Shown piece after piece: positions 27,425 through 34,210 of a DNA stretch of 34,210 nucleotides (positions are counted from its first letter, which is position 1; every line of letters starts with the position of its first letter). This stretch comes from Christiangramia sp. (lineage in GTDB: Bacteria > Bacteroidota > Bacteroidia > Flavobacteriales > Flavobacteriaceae). The DNA is taken from positions 1-34,210 of the forward strand of contig JAGXII010000193.1 of the NCBI GenBank assembly GCA_024635735.1, in the 5' to 3' direction. Under the pieces are notes generated by a model. It did not search any database. It saw only the letters and a list, made by a program, of their open reading frames with translations, and was not told where the DNA came from. The position numbers were made by a program, and so were the translations under genes.

Positions 27425-28525
27425 ATGAATTCTGAAGACTTATTATATGCCCTTGCGCTACAGCATATCCCTAATCTGGGGGATACTACGGCAAAAAAAC
27501 TTATCAGGCATTTTGGAAAAGCAGAGCAGGTCTTCAGGGAAAAGAAATCCAGTTTACTCAAGCTGGATGGGATAGGCCAGATTCGCATCCAGGAGATCCA
27601 TGATTCCAGCCATTTGAAAGCCGCGGAGGAAGAGATTAAATTCATGGAATCTCATCACATAAACCATTATTTTTTTCAGGAAAAGGAGTATCCCGAAAAA
27701 CTCAAACATTGCCTGGATGGGCCGGTGCTTTTATTTTCAAAAGGCAGGATCGATTTACATAAAAAGAAGATTATTAGCATTGTTGGAACCAGGCAGATTA
27801 GCGCTCATGGTATGTCCTTCTGTGAAAAACTACTCGAAGATCTGGCACCTCTGGATCCGGTAATAGTTTCCGGCTTTGCCTATGGCGTAGATATCACCGC
27901 TCAAAAAGCTGCAGTTAAAAATTCGTTACAAACAATAGGTTGTCTGGCACATGGTTTAAATCAAATATATCCAAAAGTTCATAAAAAGTATGTGAAGGAA
28001 ATTGAAGAAAATGGCGGTTTCTTTACCGATTTCTGGAGTACCGATAAATTTGACAGGAATAATTTTTTAAAACGTAACAGGATAATAGCGGGATTAAGCG
28101 AAGCGACCATTGTTATCGAAAGTGCCGAAAGAGGGGGCTCTCTTGTAACTGCCGATATTGCCGTTTCTTACGACAGAGAAGTTTTTGCAGTTCCCGGAAG
28201 ACCCGCAGATAAATTCAGTTCGGGTTGTAACAATCTAATAAAATCCCAACGGGCGCATGTGCTGACTTCAGCAGCCGACCTGGTTTATATTCTTAACTGT
28301 GAATTAGAGGAAAAGGAAAGGAGTGTACAGAAACAGTTATTTGTTCAACTGGATGGAGAGGAGCAAATACTATATGATTTTCTTAGCTCACGGGGAAAAA
28401 GCGAACTGGATATACTGGCACTAAATTGCCAGTTTCCTACCTTTAAAACAGCTTCTTTATTGTTAAATATGGAACTGAAAGGGGTAATAAGACCTCTTCC
28501 AGGAAAATTATTTGAAATAGTTTAG
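27425..28525 (+). CDS. dprA: DNA-processing protein DprA
   Basis: SIVGTR, IVSGFAYGVD, FLKRNRIIAGLS, GGSLVTA, REVFAVPG, C-terminal LLNMELKG. Confidence 0.96.
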   Translation: MNSEDLLYALALQHIPNLGDTTAKKLIRHFGKAEQVFREKKSSLLKLDGIGQIRIQEIHDSSHLKAAEEEIKFMESHHINHYFFQEKEYPEKLKHCLDGPVLLFSKGRIDLHKKKIISIVGTRQISAHGMSFCEKLLEDLAPLDPVIVSGFAYGVDITAQKAAVKNSLQTIGCLAHGLNQIYPKVHKKYVKEIEENGGFFTDFWSTDKFDRNNFLKRNRIIAGLSEATIVIESAERGGSLVTADIAVSYDREVFAVPGRPADKFSSGCNNLIKSQRAHVLTSAADLVYILNCELEEKERSVQKQLFVQLDGEEQILYDFLSSRGKSELDILALNCQFPTFKTASLLLNMELKGVIRPLPGKLFEIV

Positions 28526-29490
28526 TAGCCGGCCTTTTCTCTTACCTTCTTAAGAACTTTGTTAGCAACCACTTTAGCTTTTTCAGCACCAATTGAAAGG
28601 GCTTTGTCTATTTCTTTGTGATTATTAATGTAGTACTCATATTTTTCTCTTGGTTCCTGGAACTTTTCCTTTACAAGATCAAAAAGAGCCTGTTTTGCGT
28701 GGCCATATCCATAACCACCGGCTTCGTAATTTTTACGCATTTCAGCCGTTTGTTCTTCTGAAGCCATAAGCTTATATAGTCCAAAAACATTACAGGTATC
28801 AGGGTTTTTAGGCTCTTCAAGCGGGGTACTGTCGGTTTCTATACCCATGATCTGTTTTCTGAGTTTTTTATCAGTCTGAAAAATATTAATGGTATTTCCT
28901 TTAGACTTACTCATTTTTTCCCCGTCGGTTCCCGGAACATACATGGTGTCCTTCTGAACTTTAGCTTCAGGAATTACAAATACCTCACCCATTTTAGCAT
29001 GAAATCTGGTGGCCACATCTCGCGTCATTTCCAGGTGCTGTAACTGATCTTTCCCTACAGGTACTATTTCAGCATCATATAAAAGGATATCCGCTGCCAT
29101 TAACATGGGGTAAGAAAATAATCCTGCATTTACATCTTCCAGACGATCTGCTTTATCTTTAAACGAATGCGCCAGAGTTAGCCTCTGATAAGGAAAAAAG
29201 CAACTCAAATACCAGGTAAGCTCAGTTACCTGAGGAATATCACTCTGCCGGTAAAAAACACTTCTTTCAATGTCTAATCCACAGGCAAGCCAGGTAGCCG
29301 CTACCGAATAGGTGTTTTGCCTAAGCGTTTCTGCATCTTTTATTTGCGTAAGAGAATGAAGGTCTGCAATAAAAATAAAAGAATCATTTTCCGGCTGGTT
29401 GGCCATCTCTATTGCAGGCATTATCGCTCCTAAAAGATTCCCCAAGTGGGGAGTTCCTGTACTCTGTACTCCTGTAAGTATTCTGGACAT
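28522..29490 (-). CDS. trpS: Tryptophan--tRNA ligase
   Basis: TGVQSTGTPHLGN (HIGH), YPMLMAADIL, VPVGKDQLQH, KMSKS. Confidence 0.98.
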   Translation of the reverse strand: MSRILTGVQSTGTPHLGNLLGAIMPAIEMANQPENDSFIFIADLHSLTQIKDAETLRQNTYSVAATWLACGLDIERSVFYRQSDIPQVTELTWYLSCFFPYQRLTLAHSFKDKADRLEDVNAGLFSYPMLMAADILLYDAEIVPVGKDQLQHLEMTRDVATRFHAKMGEVFVIPEAKVQKDTMYVPGTDGEKMSKSKGNTINIFQTDKKLRKQIMGIETDSTPLEEPKNPDTCNVFGLYKLMASEEQTAEMRKNYEAGGYGYGHAKQALFDLVKEKFQEPREKYEYYINNHKEIDKALSIGAEKAKVVANKVLKKVREKAGY

Positions 29491-29509
29491 TTACTTCTCA
29501 ATTTTGATG

Positions 29510-29517
29510 CAAAGGTA
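29510..29517 (-). promoter_or_regulatory. sigmaA -7 element (TACCTTTG) for trpS
   Basis: CAAAGGTA on +, 19 nt upstream of the ATG. Confidence 0.62.
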
Positions 29518-29550
29518 AATTTTTTCTAGAATTGACTCGGTTCATTTTAC

Positions 29551-29558
29551 TACTTTTG
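29551..29558 (+). promoter_or_regulatory. sigmaA -7 element (TACTTTTG) for plsC
   Basis: TACTTTTG-ATTTT-ATG. Confidence 0.6.
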
Positions 29559-29563
29559 ATTTT

Positions 29564-30307
29564 ATGCGTTACTTCAAGTGGGCTGCAGTTCTATTGTGGC
29601 GAATCTGGTTTTATATTTTAATGATTGTTCTCATAATAATAATGTTACCGGTGCTTGTAGTTTTCACTTCTTCTGAAAAATTTTATCCGGAGTTTTTTAT
29701 TTGTGCGCGGATATGGGCTAAGATTATAATTTTTGGCATGGGTTTTAATATAAAAACCGTCGCCGAACAAATCCCCGAAAAGGACAGGAGTTATATGCTT
29801 GTGGCCAACCATACCTCTATGCTGGATATTATGCTCATGCTTGCAGTAATTAAGCAGCCTTTTGTGTTCCTGGGAAAAGAGGAACTTGTAAAAATTCCTG
29901 TTTTCGGATTCGTTTACCGTAGAACCTGCATACTTGTAGACCGTAATAATAACCGTAGCCGTCAGAAAGCTTTTAATGAAGCTCAACGAAGATTAAAACA
30001 GAAAAACAGTGTTTGTATATTTCCGGAGGGTGGTGTCCCGCAAGATCAGAATATTATTCTGGATCAATTCAAAGATGGCGCTTTCAGGTTGGCGATAGAA
30101 CATCAAATTCCTATAATTCCGCTAACTTTTCACGATAACAAAAAGCGTTTTTCTTATAATTTTTTTAGCGGAGGTCCCGGAAAATTAAGGGTGAAGATCC
30201 ATAATTTTATCTGTACCGAAAATTTGCAACCAAACGACCGCAGAATGCTCAAGGAAAAAGTTCATAAGATCATTCTGGATGAATTGCTAAATCCCGGGCT
30301 GCATTAA
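29564..30307 (+). CDS. plsC: 1-acyl-sn-glycerol-3-phosphate acyltransferase family
   Basis: NHTSMLD (HX4D), IFPEGG, FKDGAF motifs. Confidence 0.88.
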   Translation: MRYFKWAAVLLWRIWFYILMIVLIIIMLPVLVVFTSSEKFYPEFFICARIWAKIIIFGMGFNIKTVAEQIPEKDRSYMLVANHTSMLDIMLMLAVIKQPFVFLGKEELVKIPVFGFVYRRTCILVDRNNNRSRQKAFNEAQRRLKQKNSVCIFPEGGVPQDQNIILDQFKDGAFRLAIEHQIPIIPLTFHDNKKRFSYNFFSGGPGKLRVKIHNFICTENLQPNDRRMLKEKVHKIILDELLNPGLH

Positions 30308-31764
30308 AATTTAATGCTAATCCCGGAATATATACCAAAATTCACGGGCTGTACGTTCTGCACACTATTAAAGGTATTCAGCTGATATTTGAAAATAGGC
30401 TCCAGATTTAGGCTGAATTTGTCACTTAGTTCATAATCCAGTCCCACCCCGATATTAGTACTAAAGCTTGTACTGTTTATGTTGCTCGCTTCACCTAGAA
30501 CGGTAGTGGTATTGCCCGAATTTAAATCCACCCGGTTCTTATCAAGAAATAAACCGCTGGCACCACCAATTAAATTGAGTCCAAGCTTTTTGTCTACTAA
30601 AGCGTATTCTATTTCCAGCGGCACTTCTATAAATCCAAATTGCTGGTTGATCTCACCGGGCGTGAAAATAGCCGAGGTTAGAGAATTGGCTACAGAGGTA
30701 TTTTCAGCAAATCCGTTATTCATATTGCGATCACTTCTAACATTTATATTTTCAGATGACGGCCGTATGTTTTCGAAACTATTGGACATTGCCATAGGCG
30801 AATATGAGATATCCTGGATGTTGTAGCTCATATTAATCTTGCTGATTCCCGTTCTTATCTTAACCTTTTTAGAAACTTCATACGCAACTTTCACTCCGTA
30901 GGAAACAGTAACATCTGAGGAAGCTGAATTATTTGAGAACTGTGAAGACAGCTCATTCCCGCTTCCCATATTTTTATAAAAAACGGGTGCGGCGAAGGTT
31001 GATAATTCTAATTTTCGTGAATTAGATTCCGAAGTTTCTTCTTCCTCATCGTCTTTATCCTGAAGCTTCTCTTTTTCTATTTGCGAGAGCGCATTTTCTT
31101 CTTCGAGAGTTTTTTCAGGTTCTGTAATAATATTTTTTAAGGTATCAGCCTCATTTCCGGCAATTATACCGGAAGGATCTTTAGAGATCACCTCCGGTTT
31201 TTTTGCCAATTCCTCTTTTTCATATTCGGAATTATCTTGAGTAATATTTTCTTCTAAAGAAGTTATCCCTGTATCCTTTGAAGGAACTGCACTCTTCTTG
31301 TCAAGGGTATAATTTTCGCTAATTTTACTGGATTCCGGCACCTGACTGGCAACTGAATTGTTTGAAGATGAACTATTATCAGAACCGGTTAATGATGAGT
31401 TTTTATTTTCAGAAGAGGGATTTTCTTCCACTGTCAGGGTGTCTTCTTCCCGGGTGTTCGTATTTGATTGAGATGGATTTGAATCAGGATCTTTTTTCTG
31501 GATATCTTCAGTTTTATCAAAAACAATATTGGGGTCTGAAGGACCTTGCTGTTGATTATCTGTAAAGAGCAGCCCCGCGATTATTACAGTAATAACCGCT
31601 GCGATACTGCCTATTTTAAACCATAATGGAATAATAAGGGCTCTTTTTTTCTTCTTTTTATCAAGTTTCCTGGAGATATTTTCCCAGACTTTATCATCGG
31701 GATTTACTTCAAAATCCTTGAATTTTTCCTGAAATATCCGGTCTATGTTCTTCTTTTCTTTCAT
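30304..31764 (-). CDS. Putative dual-membrane-spanning anti-sigma factor (N-term anti-sigma domain, TM, disordered linker, C-term OM beta-barrel)
   Basis: MKEKKNIDRIFQEKFKDFEVNPDDKVWENI, KKKKKR then a hydrophobic helix, about 180 aa S/N/E/K-rich linker, amphipathic strands ending GIYSGISIKF; ATGA overlap with the ECF sigma. Confidence 0.75.
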   Translation of the reverse strand: MKEKKNIDRIFQEKFKDFEVNPDDKVWENISRKLDKKKKKRALIIPLWFKIGSIAAVITVIIAGLLFTDNQQQGPSDPNIVFDKTEDIQKKDPDSNPSQSNTNTREEDTLTVEENPSSENKNSSLTGSDNSSSSNNSVASQVPESSKISENYTLDKKSAVPSKDTGITSLEENITQDNSEYEKEELAKKPEVISKDPSGIIAGNEADTLKNIITEPEKTLEEENALSQIEKEKLQDKDDEEEETSESNSRKLELSTFAAPVFYKNMGSGNELSSQFSNNSASSDVTVSYGVKVAYEVSKKVKIRTGISKINMSYNIQDISYSPMAMSNSFENIRPSSENINVRSDRNMNNGFAENTSVANSLTSAIFTPGEINQQFGFIEVPLEIEYALVDKKLGLNLIGGASGLFLDKNRVDLNSGNTTTVLGEASNINSTSFSTNIGVGLDYELSDKFSLNLEPIFKYQLNTFNSVQNVQPVNFGIYSGISIKF

Positions 31765-32306
31765 AATGATTGAGCCGAATTATTTGTATTCTGGGATTCT
31801 TCAATTTTTTCTTTAAGACTTAACCTTGCTCTGGAAAGATTCGATTTCGAAGTCCCTTCAGAGATATTTAGCATTTTTGCTATCTCCTTATGAGAAAAAC
31901 CTTCCATAACATACAGGTTAAATACTTGGCGGTAGCGATCTGGCAGGGATTGAATAAGATTCAGTAAATAATCAAGGGAAACACTTTCGTCATCGATCTC
32001 TACCTCTTCCTCTGCAAGATTTTCTTCATTAGTAATCTCATAGAGTTTTTGGCTGCGGTGTTTTTGAAGGCAGGTATTAATTACGATCCGCTTCATCCAT
32101 CCTTCAAAAGATCCCTGATTACTATACTGGGATATTTTCGCGAAAATTGTCAAAAACCCATCCTGCAGACTATCTTCTGCCTGTGCCTGGTTATCAGAAT
32201 ATTTCAAACAAAGCCCGAACAGCTTGCCCGCATATAAGCGGTAAAGCTGTTCCTGTGCTTCTCTGTCCTGATTTTTACAATGACGAATGAGTTTCTCTAA
32301 ACTCAC
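31761..32306 (-). CDS. ECF-type RNA polymerase sigma factor
   Basis: GTG start; AEDSLQDGF, GSFEGWMKRI (region 2), LPDRYRQVFNL...FSHKEIAKMLNISEGTSKSNLSRAR (region 4); 181 aa. Confidence 0.95.
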   Translation of the reverse strand: MSLEKLIRHCKNQDREAQEQLYRLYAGKLFGLCLKYSDNQAQAEDSLQDGFLTIFAKISQYSNQGSFEGWMKRIVINTCLQKHRSQKLYEITNEENLAEEEVEIDDESVSLDYLLNLIQSLPDRYRQVFNLYVMEGFSHKEIAKMLNISEGTSKSNLSRARLSLKEKIEESQNTNNSAQSL

Positions 32307-32331
32307 AAATTTTAGATGTTTTTTGAGATTA

Positions 32332-32778
32332 TTATTCTGTCGTTGACGCTTCGGTTACAGGAACGCTTACATCATAATAAACAGCATTCCCAACTGAGTC
32401 CTGCCCCGTCCAGAAATGGAAATTATAATTATCCATTTCATCAATTAATATAGAAAATTTACTGGTTCCGGTACTACCTTCTGCATTTGGATCGCAAAGG
32501 GTACTGCTTTTTATGGCGCTAATTGCCGAAACGTAACTTTCCCTTCTGTTTTCAGATGAATTACCTGCGCGTCTTGCGTCCAGTCCGGTAAAAGTAAAAC
32601 AATCTGAGGCTAATTGGTAAGTAACGGTTACATCATAGGTTTCCCCATAGACAAACTCTTCGGGTAAATCGCTGTTTGTAATTTCGGCAAGTTCATACTG
32701 AATGCTCTCGTATCCGCTATCTACAGAACAACCCGTCATTGCAATGACTGCCATCAGGACAAAAACTAACTTCTTCAT
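32332..32778 (-). CDS. Hypothetical lipoprotein heading the ECF operon
   Basis: Lipobox AMTGC; acidic, beta-rich, two further Cys; 25 nt upstream of the ECF sigma. Confidence 0.82.
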   Translation of the reverse strand: MKKLVFVLMAVIAMTGCSVDSGYESIQYELAEITNSDLPEEFVYGETYDVTVTYQLASDCFTFTGLDARRAGNSSENRRESYVSAISAIKSSTLCDPNAEGSTGTSKFSILIDEMDNYNFHFWTGQDSVGNAVYYDVSVPVTEASTTE

Positions 32779-32803
32779 AAGTATATTTAATTTGCTTTAT
32801 ACT

Positions 32804-32832
32804 GTAGATGCAAATTTTGAAGAAAGGTTGCG
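32804..32832 (-). promoter_or_regulatory. Candidate ECF-sigma (autoregulatory) promoter, copy 2
   Basis: Minus strand CGCAACCTTT-CTTCAAAATTT-GCATCTAC, 25 nt upstream of ATG 32778, immediately downstream of the recA terminator. Confidence 0.78.
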
Positions 32833-32840
32833 TAGGGATC

Positions 32841-32864
32841 AAAAAAAATCCCCGAAAGGGGATT
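32841..32864 (-). terminator. Rho-independent terminator of recA
   Basis: Minus strand AATCCCC-TTTC-GGGGATT followed by a T run, directly after the recA stop. Confidence 0.88.
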
Positions 32865-32868
32865 CTTA

Positions 32869-33882
32869 TTATTCTTTAGCGACCTTGATCGCTTCTTTTA
32901 TTTTCTCTTCGAGCTCATCCATGAGGTCGGGATTATCCTTGAGAAGGGTTTTTACAGCATCCCTTCCCTGGCCTAATTTAGTGTCTTCATAACTAAACCA
33001 GGAACCACTCTTTTTAATAATCTCATAATCCACTCCAATATCGATGATCTCTCCAATCTTGGAAATTCCCTCACCGTACATGATATCGAATTCGGCAGTT
33101 TTAAAAGGAGGCGCTACTTTGTTTTTTACGACTTTCACACGGGTTTTGTTCCCCATTACATTGTTGGCACTATCCTTTATTTGTGTAGACCTTCTAATAT
33201 CCAGCCTTACGGAAGCATAGAATTTAAGAGCGTTACCACCGGTAGTTGTTTCGGGGTTCCCAAACATAACTCCAATTTTTTCCCTTAACTGGTTGATAAA
33301 AATAACCGTGCAGTTGGTTTTACTTATAGAAGAAGTAAGTTTTCTAAGGGCCTGAGACATAAGTCTTGCATGAAGTCCCATTTTAGAATCTCCCATCTCT
33401 CCTTCGATCTCACTTTTTGGTGTAAGAGCGGCAACGGAGTCAATTACTATAATATCAATAGCACCAGACCGGATAAGATTATCGGTAATTTCAAGAGCCT
33501 GTTCACCATTATCAGGTTGTGAAATAATCAGGTTGTCGATATCCACATCCAGTTTTTCTGCATAAAACCGGTCAAAAGCGTGTTCCGCATCAATAAAAGC
33601 GGCGATCCCGCCTTTTTTCTGAGCTTCCGCGATAGCATGAAGCGTAAGAGTTGTTTTACCTGAAGATTCCGGACCATATATTTCAATCACCCTTCCTCTT
33701 GGATAACCGCCTACTCCCAATGCCAGGTCAAGACCCAGCGATCTGGTTGAAATGGCGTCTACATCAACTACTACCTGGTCGCTCATTTTCATGACCGTTC
33801 CTTTTCCGTAGGTCTTATCCATTTTATCAAGGGTAAGCTTTAACGCCTTTAACTTTGCTTCTTTTTCTTTATCGTTGCTCAT
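32869..33882 (-). CDS. recA: Recombinase A
   Basis: [60 protein letters not shown]; start placed at MSNDKEK (33882), 337 aa. Confidence 0.99.
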   Translation of the reverse strand: MSNDKEKEAKLKALKLTLDKMDKTYGKGTVMKMSDQVVVDVDAISTRSLGLDLALGVGGYPRGRVIEIYGPESSGKTTLTLHAIAEAQKKGGIAAFIDAEHAFDRFYAEKLDVDIDNLIISQPDNGEQALEITDNLIRSGAIDIIVIDSVAALTPKSEIEGEMGDSKMGLHARLMSQALRKLTSSISKTNCTVIFINQLREKIGVMFGNPETTTGGNALKFYASVRLDIRRSTQIKDSANNVMGNKTRVKVVKNKVAPPFKTAEFDIMYGEGISKIGEIIDIGVDYEIIKKSGSWFSYEDTKLGQGRDAVKTLLKDNPDLMDELEEKIKEAIKVAKE

Positions 33883-34036
33883 ATTGAATATTAAATTGAA
33901 AGTAAAATAAGGTCTGCTAAAATAAGATAAGTTTTGCTGCAATACAATAAAACTTATCGACGATTCATGGAATATTTCCAAAAATTTGGACAAACATTAA
34001 TTTCGGCCCCATATATGGCCTGTAAATTGAAAAATG

Positions 34037-34044
34037 TATCTTTG
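34037..34044 (+). promoter_or_regulatory. sigmaA -7 element (TATCTTTG) for trhO
   Basis: Exact TAnnTTTG 37 nt upstream of ATG 34082. Confidence 0.6.
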
Positions 34045-34081
34045 CAAAAATTTTCTTTAACACTTAAAATATTAGTATAGC

Positions 34082-34210
34082 ATGCAACTGTACAATAAAT
34101 TGAGCGCTAAAGAAAGAGAAGCTCTTTTAGAAGAAGCCGGCGAAGACAGGCTTACGCTCTCTTTCTATGCTTACGCTAAGATCGGAAACCCCGAATTATT
34201 CAGGAATCAT
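34082..34210 (+). CDS. trhO: Rhodanese-related tRNA uridine(34) hydroxylase TrhO/YceA (5' fragment)
   Basis: Hand translation MQLYNKLSAKEREALLEEAGEDRLTLSFYAYAKIGNPELFRNH, matching the YceA-type N-terminus; open to the window end. Confidence 0.75.
   Translation, partial: MQLYNKLSAKEREALLEEAGEDRLTLSFYAYAKIGNPELFRNH

Noticed and set aside
31020-31560. Low-complexity Ser/Asn/Glu region as a tandem repeat or frameshift artefact
   Set aside because: The frame is open and no nucleotide repeat unit is visible; best explained as a disordered linker.
1834-32992. Remaining short antisense or out-of-frame ORFs in the track (e.g. 7099-7476, 11281-11640, 19950-20339, 23845-24183, 30479-30826, 32702-32992)
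   Set aside because: They lie on or across well-supported genes and show no recognisable motifs.
33883-33993. 37-aa N-terminal extension of RecA
   Set aside because: AT-rich intergenic-like sequence; the RecA-like N-terminus starts at MSNDKEK.
1-34210. CRISPR arrays, tRNA/rRNA, IS elements, prophage or defence genes
   Set aside because: Intergenic gaps are at most about 200 bp with no repeat-spacer or cloverleaf pattern, and no ORF resembles a transposase, integrase, phage or defence protein.

Overview
AT-rich, gene-dense core-chromosome segment from a Bacteroidota bacterium, almost certainly Flavobacteriaceae. This placement rests on sprE, the split atp operon, TAnnTTTG promoters and gene order; a Gramella/Salegentibacter-like source is a guess. 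Contents in order: partial CapK/PaaK-like ligase, purD, two small or membrane DUF genes, DUF4254-GT9, PaaE-like ferredoxin reductase, ABC transporter, sprE-bactofilin-atpZ/I-atpBEFHAG (no atpD/C), lipoprotein, flippase-dut-nucleotidyltransferase-TPR-DUF4292-envC, lipoprotein + OM barrel, thioesterase, HU-like/SPOR protein, dprA, trpS, plsC, lipoprotein-ECF sigma-anti-sigma, recA, partial trhO. I saw no rRNA, tRNA, CRISPR array or transposase. The most interesting signal is an ECF sigma translationally coupled to a protein built like a dual-membrane-spanning anti-sigma (cytoplasmic domain, TM helix, long disordered linker, C-terminal beta-barrel). An identical bipartite motif, CGCAACCTTT-N11-GCATCTAC, lies upstream of both this operon (32804-32832, -) and an uncharacterised lipoprotein/OM-barrel pair about 8 kb away (24482-24510, +). 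Together these suggest a candidate envelope-sensing regulon readable directly from the sequence. Family and DUF names are from recall, not database searches.
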